From NCBI GenBank assembly GCA_051294375.1, contig CM119268.1, forward strand, positions 14,279,420 to 14,343,419: a stretch of 64,000 nt of DNA. The letters are read 5' to 3'. A model generated the notes under the pieces. The model saw only the letters and a list, made by a program, of their open reading frames with translations. It made no database searches and had not been told where the DNA came from. Source of the stretch: Paraspadella gotoi (Eukaryota > Animalia > Chaetognatha). Every line of letters begins with the position of its first letter. The first letter of the stretch is position 1. A program made the translations under genes and the position numbers. Below are positions 14,537-27,796 of the stretch, piece after piece.

Positions 14537-15203
14537 GTAAATAAACAAAAAACAATGCAAATACGAAAATTAGAGTGATGAGCTTCTACAACGAAGTCTA
14601 AATAGAAGCGACAAAACTTGGTTCGTCTTTTCTGCACCCTCGGTATTTTCACAGCCATTAGGAATCGGGAAAAGGTCAACTCGCGATTTCAAGCTCGCTC
14701 CAAGATCGATTACCGTCTCAGCGTCTCTCAACCAAGTGGGCGACCTTCTCGAAAACTAATCTACTTTCTTTCTCTTTCCTTCCCACCATCTCTCTCTCTG
14801 TCACTCTCTCTCTCTCTCTCGCCAACGAGCGGCGTCATTTTCGGCAAATTATGAAACGCGGAACAAAATCTGGCGCCGGTGATAACTGGCGTCAATGCGA
14901 CCAAGCTTATGCCGCCGCCGACGAAAACGACGACGAAATTTGGGGAAAAATGAATCATCTTGTGGATACGGAAGCCAAGGACGAACTAAATCCGAAGAAA
15001 TCCAACGCGGATCTGCGAATGTGGGTGGAGGTGTTGCGTCACGAAAGAAAGGGAAGAAAATCAAGTTTGCTACAAAATATAACGAACTCTTTTACATAGT
15101 CGCTTACTTACTCTCTTATATGTTTCTCTCATCTTTCGTCTCTTCGTCTTTTCAGTCTAATGTACGTTGTTAAGTTTAAAGCACTCTCTCTCTTTCTCTC
15201 TCT

Positions 15204-15280
<77 letters not shown>

Positions 15281-16020
15281 TCGATCTCTCTCTCTTCTTC
15301 CTCGCGTTTGTCCCAATCAAAACACTCGTGATCTCATCTCCCAAAAATATAACCTGTTGTGACCTTCACGAAGCGTTTTTTCCCCTCAAAGAGATAAATC
15401 CTTCCTGCGCCTTTCTCCTCCAATTTTACACCCCGCAAAATTTCCCTGCTATGGTCGAGCGCCATGGCATTTTGAACAATAGTCAAAATTAAAAAAATGA
15501 CGATCACCGTAATCACAATAGTTATTACTCAACTAATCCTTAACTTATGAAATTGGTACAACCAATATAAAATTATTTCAAGGTAAACAGCATTTTTGGG
15601 TTCTACCCATCCCGATTAGTATCTATAATATTTAAATATTATATAAACTGTTTTTTATCAGTTTACCCTGTAAGGCAGCCAAAACCACGGCACCAACTTA
15701 AGGGATTTTTCTACGGGGAGACAGGAGACACTGCCCTGTCACAGCATAACTCTTTTCTCAACTCCCGACAATTCGTAGATTCAGAATAAACGGCATCATA
15801 ACAAACTCTAATACCGCACCAGTCTCCTCCCTCGCCGCATTTCTGTATCGCCGCATCGTTGCGCACGCCAGCCTTGCAGCATCTCGGCCTCTTTCTCCCC
15901 TCGCCGTCGTTTCTGCCCTTAAATCCCCGGATCGAATAAAAAATTTCCCTCGTCCCTCGTATCGAGTCGCCAGAGTCTTCGAGTCGAGGAATTCACCGAG
16001 AAAATCCTCTCCTCGTCCTG

Positions 16021-16887
16021 TCTCCTTCGCCTCTCTTTATCGCTTCTCTCTCCTTCGCCTCTCTTTATAGCTTCTCTCTCCTTCGCCTCTCTTTATAGCT
16101 TCTCTATCCTTCGCCTCTCTTTATCGCTTCTCTCTCCTTCGCCTCTCTTTATAGCTTTTCTCTCCTTCGCCTCTCTTTATCGCTTCTCTCTCCATCGCCT
16201 CTCTTTATCGCTTATCTCTCTTTCACCTCTCTTTATAGCTTCTCTATCCTTCGCCTCTCTTTATAGCTTCTCTCTCCTTCGTCTCTCTTTAGAGCTTCTC
16301 TTTCCTTCGCCTCTCTTTATCGCTTATCTCTCTTTCACCTCTCTTTATCGCTTCTCTCTCCTTCGCCTCTCTTTATAGCTTCTCTATCCTTCGCCTCTCT
16401 TTATCGCTTCTCTCTCCTTCGCCTCTCTATATCGCTTATCTCTCTTTCACCTCTCTTTAAAGCTTCTCTATCCTTCGCCTCTCTTTATAGCTTCTCTCTC
16501 CTTCGCCTCTCTTTATCGCTTCTCTCTCCTTCGTCTCTCTTTATCGCTTCTTTATCCTTCGCCTCTCTTTATCGCTTCTCTCTCCTTCGCCTCTCATTAT
16601 AGCTTCTCACTCCTTCGCCTCTCTTTATCGCTTCTCTCTCCTTCGCCTTTCTTTATACTATAAATTATAGCTTCTCTCTCCTTCGCCTCTCTTTATCGCT
16701 TCTCTCTCCTTCGCCTCTCTTTATCGCTTCTCTATCCTTCGCCTCTCTTTATAGCTTTTCTCTCCTTCGCCTCTCTTTATAGCTTCTCTCTCCTTCGCCT
16801 CTCTTTATCTCTTCTCCCTTTCCCCTCTTTTTATAGCTTTTATCTCATTCGCCTCTCTTTATAGTTTCTCTCTCCTTCGCCTCTCTT
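16021..16887. repeat. 28-bp minisatellite, about 30 copies (consensus CCTTCGCCTCTCTTTATCGCTTCTCTCT)
   Basis: Unit starts at 16024, 16052, 16080...; TATCG/TATAG variants and one short interruption near 16657-16666. Confidence 0.92.
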
Positions 16888-17360
16888 TGACTTTGGCGCT
16901 TCTTTCTTCTTATCCTCTCTTTATCCATCTCTCCTCGCTAGTCTCCTCTCGCTCTTGTTTACCTTTTAATCAGTCTTTTAAGTGTCTCTTTCCATTTCAT
17001 TCTCTTTACTTCTCTTTTTTATCTCCTCTGCCATTTATATCTCAATTCGTATTATACCGCCATCTTCTTTTCTTCATTTTCCCGCTCCGCCAACACTGCC
17101 CAGTGCCCACTCGCTCTGCACACGTTCGTTGCTTATTTCTTTCAACATATTCTATTGATTTTTAAGCCGATGATAAACCTAGTATTTTTCTAACTACCAA
17201 AAATGCTCACTTACTACTTACAGATTACCAAACCATCAACTTATTCAGCTCCTCATACCAAAACGCCATTCAACGCCTTAAACTCGAATCCTTTTCGTCT
17301 CTGTCCGTCTTCCATATGCATCGCGGTTGTCGGTCTCCTTCCTCAGATTCTGCACAGATT

Positions 17361-17437
<77 letters not shown>

Positions 17438-20278
17438 GACTCTTTTTGGCGTCCTTCTTTTCAAGGCTTCGATCTCTGCTTTTCCACAAGTTTTTGGATC
17501 CCTCCCTAATACCTTTTTTCCTAGCAGTCTTATTTTCAAACCACATAGTATTTCTACCAAATCTTTCAGAATAATCACAACCTATAGACCAATGCATGGT
17601 TTGGTTTACGTTTAAAACTGATTCGTATTTACTATTTAGTGTTTGTTCTACAAAAAAATGTTTTTCTTTTCGACGAAAGCCATCGAAGTCGAAAACATAA
17701 AGTGATTCACACTACTTTTCATCCCCGTAAACACTGTCAACGCCACAAAAACTCACAAATTTCTCCAATTCATCATCTTGCAGCAGAACGCCTCCCATTC
17801 CCAAACCGTCACCGTGGTGAACTTCCAATCGGTTTCCCTTACTCCTTTCCTTCCTTCGATCCTCTCTCTCCCTTTCCCTTATTTTCTTCTCATCTCCCTT
17901 TTAATCTTATGTCACTTACTCCGCTCACGGCGACATTCTCCGGAGATCGAATTCCTTCCCCGGGGATCGAATTCCTTCCCCGGGGATCCACGAGCGACTC
18001 TGAGGAATATTTTCTGTCCCCGCGGATAGCGAAGTCGCGAGGCGCGAATTTTACGTCGGGTCCTATTGTAATTCGCTTTAATGCGGTCTCGTGATGTACG
18101 GAATGATACATTGCCATCCGGAGTTTCTACCGTAGTTTTTCTTAATACTCTGACATAGGTTAAAGAATAGTAGTATTCGTTTACGAGACGGAAAGTCACG
18201 TTAAAAATGCGAAAAAATCGTATCTTTCGGAACTTGGTTCGTATTTGCGTTCAATTCGCGCAAATTGGATTTTCCGTTGCGTCGTCGCTCGAGAATCCCG
18301 GCTGTAAATGCCGAGTAAAGTTGGACGTGGCACCCGGATGTAATTGGACGCACGTGTCATTTGACCAAAGGGCACGAGTCGGTTTTTATTTGTGAGAAAC
18401 ATTAACCAAATAGAAATAAAAACACTAACAAGAGCAGAGGCGAAAATTCATTATAGGAGAAAAAAAGCCCCCAAAAAAAAGAAGACAAAAACATCTCAGC
18501 GTTCCAAGAGTCCAACAAAAAAAAAAGAAAGAACCTAGAGTTCATCGTCATAATAAATTAATCTTCATCGATCGCCATAAAATAAGTTACATGTACTGTA
18601 AAAGTCGAAGAAGATAACAAAATAATCCGACGCCAACGACGACAACGACGACGTGCTGAACGACGATAACCTTGAGGCCGAGCGACGACGCCCAGAGCGA
18701 CGACGACGACCTCTGAGACGACGGCGGCGCCAATAAGTGCGAAGCCACTTTTCCAAAGGCCGCGAGAGGGCGGACGTCGCGGACGGGGTGGTGCGAACGG
18801 TGGCATCGGGGAGTCTGCGCCACGACGTGAAATTTTTTTGATGAGTCAAGGGGGTTTTGGGCGTGGAGAGTTGGAGGACGGGAGTGGAAGGATGTGGAGG
18901 AAGACTGTCTGAGATTGGCGAGAAGCCGATCTAGTAAATTCAGGGTGAAAGTATTGTTTCTGGTTCGTAGACAAACCGAGAAAGAGCGAAAGGCAAATGA
19001 TGTTGCTCTTTATTTGCGAAACGAGCGAACGAGCGGCCAATTGAAACAAAAAAAAACAACAAAAACACGAATTCAACCAATGAACAGCGATTTATCCAAT
19101 GCTTTCGTCACAAAACCAAGAAACGTTTCGTTTCAGAAGCGTCAAGCAAGACTATTATAGTTGCCAGTCATTTAAACTGTCATGCCTTTTTTATAATTCG
19201 ACTTATTCAATCGCGGAATCCGAATATTCTACTTAGTTTGAGGCGGACAGAAGCCTTTCTTGTATCTCCATGAAAGACTCACCATTTTCCTTTCAGCTCT
19301 CACTTACCCCGCGTGGCCTCTAAGTTGGAGTCTAACGCTTTAATTTTTCTTCCTCCAAAAATCCTTCTTCTTCTTTTTCCCTCCCGCCCCACAGATGCCC
19401 TACTTTTCTCGGATGTAGGGCGGACTTTACAATGAGAAGCGAAGGAGGCGGAAATTCGGTTGCGGGTGGGGGGAGAGGAGTAGGGGGGCGAACCGGAACT
19501 GGGCGGCGACTGATTGGAAGAAGAATTTCCGGTTGGACGGGTCGTTGACCTCACCATTCACCATAGAACCCCATGGGTCACAATACTCTCTTCGTTCGAA
19601 TCAGATGTTAACAAGGAATTGATTAGATGTCGTAGTTTTGGTTAACTGGAATGCGAATCAGCGAATTAAAAATTGGCTCTGGTTTTCTTGCTTTTGCAAT
19701 TCTAAAAAAACAACACACTCTTTCGTTTAAACAGCCTACGTAAGTTTTTTCTCGCAGCCCCTTATATAAATAAATACATTTATACAAATATATTTGAGCG
19801 TCCAACGCTAAATCTCGCGCGCTGATCCGTTATTACGTATTTAACGGCGGCGCTTTACGGTCAACGCGATCTCGTTAAACCCGAGTTTCTCTCTCCCCTT
19901 AATCGCATCGAGATGATTTCAAGCGTTTCAAATTTAGTCCGCGCAGACGGCGCCCGTTGATGACGACGACGACGACGATAAAGGCTACGACTATGACGTC
20001 GATGACGACGATGATGACGACAACGACGACGATGACGGTGACGGCAACGATGGCGACGACGACGACGACGAAAACGTATTTGTTATCTATCGAAGGTCGC
20101 GGTCTCCTCGAATTTATTCTTGTTTGCATAAATTTATGAAAACTTCTTTTAAAAAAACTTCTTCACGGAAAAAAGAAAAACGAAGAAGCTTCGTTTCTCC
20201 GACCCACTTTTTTTGAGGGGAGGTTTTTTTCGGTGATGGGAGAGTCTTTCATAAAATTCGTGGAAAGGAATGAAGCTT

Positions 20279-20403
<125 letters not shown>

Positions 20404-21003
20404 CTCCCAATCGACACTTAGTTCAACTTAGTTTAACTAGTTCAACTGGATAAAAAAGTTAGTAATGTCTCCTTGTTAGTGACGTGTAGCTGCAGTTAGG
20501 CAAGAAATTTTACGAAATGACCAATAAAATAATGTAACTGCCAGAGATTTATACGTATATTAACACGTTGAAGCTACTTTAAGGTTAGGATAAAACGACG
20601 ACGACGACGAAGACGACGACGACAACTGCCACCAAGACAAGACTGCAGAAGCAAAAAAGAAAACTTCTTCACCATTCGCCCTTCCAAACAACAGGAAAGA
20701 AGAACATTCTTCCAAACATAGGTGGTCCCTCAGATCTTTTTTTTTTTTCAATTAACAAAGTCTTTTCTCGCCGGGAAAGGAAAAAAAAACATTTTGTAGC
20801 CGTCGTCGTCGTCGTCGTCGTTGTCGGCGGCGCCATTGTCATCCGATTCTTTTTTTTTTTTTGTAAACAAGACGTCAACGGATCGGCGTTTCTCATTCTG
20901 ACTCAAAGCTGCGCAAACAGATCGCCAGAGGGCTTCTAGTAGCAAATACATGGCCCTAAACCCCGAAAGTTGGAATGAAGAGCGAGGGTGAAACATAGAT
21001 AGT

Positions 21004-21009
21004 AGATAA

Positions 21010-21078
<69 letters not shown>
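21004..21078. repeat. (TAGA)n microsatellite
   Basis: Direct reading; mirrored at ~44461-44565. Confidence 0.9.
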
Positions 21079-21079
<1 letters not shown>

Positions 21080-21336
21080 GCTCAGTGAATATAATATTAT
21101 ATACATTATCTATACAATTAAGACAATCCGGGATAAGAAAATTAACTATGTTTTTAAAAAAAAATAAAAAAAATAAAAAGAATAAACAATAAAAAAATAA
21201 TAAACAACAAAAAACCTCGGCGTTCGTTTGGATCGAATTTTGAAAGCATAAATAACCATTTAGCGAAAATCGAGCGAAATTCAAGGAATTTCAAGCGGCT
21301 AAAAAAGTAAACAAGGAAAATTAACCCCAGATGAGA

Positions 21337-21399
<63 letters not shown>

Positions 21400-21685
21400 T
21401 TGCGGGGGGCAGAGTTTATCTCAATACGCGTTGCTATCTTCACAGGCGATCATTTTCTTGTTTTTCTTAGAATTTTATGTTTTTTGACTCTCGATAATTT
21501 ATCCCCCTTAATTTAACAGGCTGAGTTTCTGAGGTCTATTTCTTTTGTTTCTCTATTTTATGTCTGTCTTTTTTAAAAATTTCTTCTCTCTTTATTTTTT
21601 CTCTTATTCTATCTCTCTTTCTTTTTTGCTTTTTTTCTTTCTTTCTCTCATTCATCCCTCGTCTATTGTTTCTTAATCTCAATTT

Positions 21686-21686
21686 T

Positions 21687-21782
<96 letters not shown>
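21686..21782. repeat. (TTTC)n microsatellite
   Basis: Direct reading. Confidence 0.9.
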
Positions 21783-22945
21783 ATTACACCTTTTTTCCGT
21801 AAACTTACTTTCTATCTATTTTCTTTTTTCTATCTCCACTCGATAGCTTGTACCACGACTTGACCCGGTAAAAAAACCCGCACAAACTATTTTCTCTTAC
21901 ATTTCCGAAGGTTTATTACGAAAAAAATACCAAATATAAAGTAACTTAGAGAAACAAAACGCCAAGGATCGTGACCACAATAACAAAAAGCGAGAAAAAG
22001 GGGGAAAAGTAAAAGGGGCAAAGATGGGAAGGGGGGGGATCGAAACATCGGAACAGAGAAAGGCCTCAAGTCGGCCACTCCACTAATATCAATTCACTAT
22101 TCGGAAAAATATTGAGGCCAGAAATTGATGTCGAGAAATACACTCAATGTAATTTTGTAATGACTTTTTGCTAAAAGGGTTTTTTTTCTTTTTCTGAAAC
22201 AAAACGCGATTTTATGAAGTTTTTATTTTTTGTTTAAAACATTTCACGAGAAAGCGCAACAACTAGTAAGTTAATCTGTTTTTGTCGATTAAAAATAGAG
22301 AACGAGTCGGTCAAGACAATAAAATCGATAGGAAAATATCTTTTTTTTTCTATACAATTCACAACGAGCAAATAAAACGGTCCATCTTTCTTTTTAAAAA
22401 GAGAAACAAAAAAGGGAGACGACATCATCACTGAGTTTTTTTTGCAGTCAAACGCTAAGTTTTTTCGTATTTTTTTTTTAAATTTAAATAATGTAGTAAG
22501 AGCGAACAAAGCGGGATTTTTTTTAAAACCACTTTGAAGGAATTAAACTAAAATAAAATCATACCTAAAAAAAAACTTAATATTACCAATACGGGCAGAG
22601 GATGAAAATCTGTTCCACGTTTGTAAGTTAAAAAAAAAAACAACCATACAAACAAATTGGTCTCCGTGGGCGACGGATCACGGAATTCTCGGTACAAATT
22701 CTCTACCTAGAAATAATGAAAATAGCGGAAAGAAGAAAACTCAAAAACTCATTTGAGATTTTTGCGTTTTTTTTTCTTTTTCCGTCGTTTCGCGGGAGAT
22801 AAAACATTTCTCTGCTGTACAAATCGAGAAAAAATTCATAGCACACTACGTTCTAAGCGCGGTTGGCAAAAAAAAAAATTAACAATTAATAAATAATAAT
22901 GATTATTTTTTTTCCGGATTTCACGCACAGTGGGGAAGGGAGATG

Positions 22946-22991
<46 letters not shown>

Positions 22992-23445
22992 GAGAAGAGA
23001 GAGAGAGAGAAGAGAGAGAGAGAGATAGAGAGAGAGAGAAACAATTTTCGATTTTTTTTTTTTAGATCATGGAAATGTAGGATTTTCCGAAGTTTCCGCA
23101 TTTTTTCGTCGTATGTATAGGTTCCTTTCTTTTTTCGGATTCTGGAGAAAGGTAAGATTCGGTTGTCTTTTCCTGGATGGATGGAGGCCGAAGAGGAAAG
23201 TAAGCTTGAGTTGTACACGTAATGCAGGCATTGTGTCTGAGACCAAACGGAGAGGGAAAGTCGGCGAGGATGGGGCGGGGGGAAGAGAGAATGGATGGGG
23301 ATGGGGTTTGGGGGGGGGAGCTCCACATTTTTCGTTTTATTTTGTTATCACAGGGACTTGTCTCGCGAATGTTTTCGTCTTCGTCTTCGACGATTTTCTC
23401 TCGTAATATATCGTTGAAACAAAATGTCAAATAGTTGTCGTCGTC

Positions 23446-23480
<35 letters not shown>

Positions 23481-23651
23481 TTAAGTTGCTTCGCCGTCGT
23501 GTCAGGCGGACCCGAAGTGTCGCGTCGACCCTCGTCGAGTCTTCGAACGTGAGACACGCCCATCGTCTCAGATCGGGTCGGATTTGGAGAGCGGTCGAGG
23601 GGAGGGGAGTCGGGCGAGGGGTGAAATATGTTCCGTGAATGTCATGCCGCG

Positions 23652-23876
23652 TCAGACGAGCCAGCCCTGGCCGTGCGGGGGCGGGGGAATGTTCGAGGAT
23701 GTCATGTGGGACGTCATGAGGCCGTTGTTGTCGTTGAGCAAACCGTTGATGACGTCGCCGGAATCGTGAGCGAATAGTTGAGCGCGAACGCAGCCGATCG
23801 ATTGGAGCATCTTTCGTTGGTGACCCACCAGCGTGATGCCCATGTGACTCAAATCCAACTGAGTGAGTTGCGACAC
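23652..23876 (-). CDS. Eph: Eph last coding exon: second half of SAM domain plus tail ending GWLV-stop (putative PDZ-binding motif)
   Basis: VSQLTQLDLSHMGITLVGHQRKMLQSI matches the Eph SAM motif DL..MGITL.GHQ.K.L.SI. TTCAG acceptor; TGA stop. Confidence 0.92.
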   Translation of the reverse strand: MSQLTQLDLSHMGITLVGHQRKMLQSIGCVRAQLFAHDSGDVINGLLNDNNGLMTSHMTSSNIPPPPHGQGWLV

Positions 23877-24089
23877 CTGAAGGAAGGGGGTGGGAGAGAA
23901 TGAGAGGGGAAGAAATAAATCTTTGTTGGAAAAGCGTAAGAGAAAAAAATTAAAATAAGTAAAAATAAAAGATTAAATTGACTTTTAAAAAAAGTCGACT
24001 CCACTGTATTTTAGTGGTTTCGGTTTGTAGACGCGACGACGGTACGAAAAAGATTACGAGTTTTATCCGGGTTGATGTACTGAAATTTC

Positions 24090-24185
<96 letters not shown>

Positions 24186-24826
24186 TTTCACTCCCTGCCA
24201 ATTTCTTTGAAAAAGGCAGCGGCGGCCGACTTCCGGCCGACGTCACCCCCTCGAACCCACCTGCTCCCAGAATTCTTTCTCAACCCCACCATTTTTCTTT
24301 GGGCTTAACTCACCCATCTGGGCCCACGAAACGGCGACGACTTACCCACTACCACCATCTCGGATATTACAACCAAATGAAATAGAAAATTGCGAATTTT
24401 CGCCTCGACCGCTGGAAAATAGTATTAGTGTTACAAGCAAACAATGACTTTTGAAAAATCAAATTCTTTCTTTTTAAGTTCGTCAATAGATTGGTTTTCT
24501 AAAGTCTGAAGATTAAGGGTTAGGGTTAGGAATTTCGTCAGGTTGGAAATTAGAGTTATGGATTAGAGTTTAGAGTTATGGGATTATGTTTCGTTTAGGG
24601 ATTAGGGAACAGAAACTGTAATAATACTTAACTTGTTAATCGTAAAACTATAATTAAATATTATTTGATGAAGTGGACTGCGAGTAAGAGGCGTGGCTTC
24701 ATTCCACTCCCACCCACTTTTTTCTCCACCCCCGACTCGACCGCCCTTAATCTCGCCGAAGCGATTACGATCTCTCAACTTCTCCTTTGGACTGAAAAAT
24801 GTTTCCCAAACTCAAATTAGAAGCAG

Positions 24827-24866
<40 letters not shown>

Positions 24867-25303
24867 CGAAAAAGAGCCGGAGAGAGAGCGAGAGAAAAAC
24901 AGAGAAAGATAGAAAGAAAGAAAAACCCGAACAAAACATTGTGTGAGTGCCGAGTATTGAGCGAGTTAAAAACGTATTTGGAAAACAAATTTCGGTGCTC
25001 CCTCTCCCTCTCCCTCCCTCTCTCTCTCTTTTTCTCTTCTTACGCACATTCTCTCTCCCTTTTCGTTCCCTCCTTTCTATAATCAACTTTCGCTAAAGCC
25101 TTTGACGGCCTCCAGTCCACACATAGTCCCTCGCTCGTCATTCCTTTTTAGTCATTACAAGTTAATGTTGTTTATTCGATGTACTCGCCATAAAATCGCT
25201 TCTGTTCAATCTCATCTCGAACCATATTTGGGATGGCCGCCATCATGCATCGTTTCGACGCCCCGTGTCTTTCTCTTTTTCACTTTCTTACCCTCTTTCT
25301 CGT

Positions 25304-25387
<84 letters not shown>

Positions 25388-26087
25388 CGCTAATTTTTAC
25401 GGCTTGTTTGTCGCTGTTTTTCTTTATGACGCCTTTTATGACGGTTTTACGAGGGAGTTGTTTTTGGTTAGAGATTACGGGAGATCGATTTGACTGCCCT
25501 CGCGGCGCGGGCGTGGCCACTAAGAGTCCATGGGCCGGCGCGCCACCAAGTGTGGCGTCCACAGTCCAGACAACGAAAACTAATCATTGGCTAACGCTTT
25601 TCGCTCTTATTGAGTGCAAATGTGACCACAAAACGTCTGATTTTTTACTAAACATTCGCGAATCCTAATTATTAATCATAGCGACAAATAATTCAGTTTA
25701 ATGCAAGTGCTGATCAAATACATTGAGATATTACGCTATTTTCTTGATAAAATAAAAATTCTGGCCACACCTTATAGCCCTGTATGTCGTGGGTTTTAAT
25801 CACAAACGACCACGAGCTGCGATGAAACAAGGCAGCGAGGCTTTAACGATATAAACGCTTCCCACTGACGAACAAGACTCGTTGCAAAGAGTCATAAACT
25901 GACTCTTTCCAAATTCCAATTACCCAAAGTTTCTCTTCGCGGGCCAAAGCGTCCTTCTGCCCAGAAAGGGATAGTTCTGGATGAAGACTCCAGTCTCTTC
26001 ACCAGCACATCTCAAACCGCCATCGACCCTCACTCCTCCAACCCCACCCACCCCACTCCAACATCCTCCCAACTCCCTCGAACCCAC

Positions 26088-26262
26088 CTGGAAGAGCGTG
26101 CAGACGCCGTGCCTCTCGAAGGTGTCGACGTATCTCGCCATCTTGATTCCCTCGAGCCAATCGACGACGGAGGCGAACTTGGTCAAGTCTGGCGCGGCGG
26201 CGTCGAGAGGCGCCGCGCGAGTCTTCGCCACTTTGCACAGGAGTTCCGGTTGGCGGATCAGT
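26088..26262 (-). CDS. Eph: Eph kinase-SAM linker and first half of SAM domain (LIRQPELLCKVAK...FASVVDWLEGIKMARYVDTFERHGVCTLFQ)
   Basis: SAM signature F.SV..WL..IKM.RY...F...G. AACAG acceptor and CAG|GTGGGT donor; phase-compatible. Confidence 0.92.
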
Positions 26263-27796
26263 CTGTTTGAGGGGGGATGGAAAGGTGAGGTTGGTAGGGG
26301 TCTTAATTCGATCAAGATGTTTTCTGGCTTTGTCCTCTTTGTCCTTTTTCTCATTGTCGTCGGTAAAATATATTTTGCCCTTTTTCTTTTTCTACAGTCG
26401 TCACCATCGTCGTCGTCGTCGTCGTTTGGTTTTCATTGCTAAAGCATTTGTTATCCAAAGTTGGTCGTTGTCGTCCAAAGCCATCGTCGTCGACGTCGTT
26501 GTCATCGTCGCCGTCGTCGTCGCCGCCATCGCCATTCTTCTACCAAACCCACCGCGAATGCTCGCTCACCCTTCCTTACCCCACCTCACCTCGACCCTCA
26601 CCCTTCCCCTCCCCTTTTTTCATCGCAGGCTTCCAGTTCCTCTTCAAATTTCCAAGTTGACTCAAATCTCAGATTTCGTCGATATTTTTTTTCCCCGGAT
26701 TTTTTTTTTTCGAATCTCGCATTCGTTTGTTCTTCTTTACATTTCGAGTTCCCTGCCGCAGACTCCGCCGCCGCATTCGCAGCAACCGGCGCTGCCGCAT
26801 TCGCCACCGGCGCTTTCGGGAGCACGCTCATTAGCGGTCGCCGCGTTCGCCGCAGCCTCGGTCTCCGCCGCCGTTACGGTCGCTGCGTATGCTGCTCAAA
26901 CGTGCGCCCGCGCGCCGCGTGGAGCTTTCTCTCGAACCCGACGGCGGGGCGTGCATAGCGTCAAAATCGTGGCACGGCGCATCGAAGAAAAATGTCCGTA
27001 AAGAGAGGAACTGAAACTTATCCCAGGTGGGTTCGCGTCCACTCGGTCTCGGGTGCAGCGGCATGCCAACGTAGGGGACAATCGATAATGAGGAAAGAAT
27101 TCTTATTTTGATTCTCTTCTCATTTTTATCTTACTGTGTATAAACTTTGTCGAGAAAAAAAGACGAGAACAACAACGACACAATTTTATCGAGGAGGGGG
27201 GGGGGAGTCAGCGTTAGACTCCTTGCCGTTGATTAATTAGTGATTATATCGACTCCTTAAAATATTCTCGCAGGAGCTAAAAGTAATTAGCGACTTCTTA
27301 GCATTTTTGACGAGGGGGGGAGAGAGATAAGCTGCCGCTTGTTCGCTTATTAACTAATTAAGGTGAAATCGAATTAGTTTGTCTTTAAATAAGGCATAAT
27401 GTTGTCTGTCGTCATCGTCNNNNNNNNNNNNNNNNNNNNNNNNNNNNNNNNNNNNNNNNNNNNNNNNNNNNNNNNNNNNNNNNNNNNNNNNNNNNNNNNN
27501 NNNNNNNNNNNNNNNNNNNNNNNNNNNNNNNNNNNNNNNNNNNNNNNNNNNNNNNNNNNNNNNNNNNNNNNNNNNNNNNNNNNNNNNNNNNNNNNNNNNN
27601 NNNNNNNNNNNGGCAAGTACAAAGATGGCAATAGCGAAGAAAGCAATGACGAAGTCGACGATGACAAAGATGGCAAAGTCGACAACAATGACGACAAAGG
27701 TCATGACAAAAACGGCAACGGCGACGAAGGCAGAAGAAGGAACAACGACGACGAAAATGACGACGACGGCTCCAGCGACGACGACGAAAAATTTAC

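Noticed and set aside
16021-16887. CRISPR-like periodicity
   Set aside because: Head-to-tail units without unique spacers; eukaryotic context.
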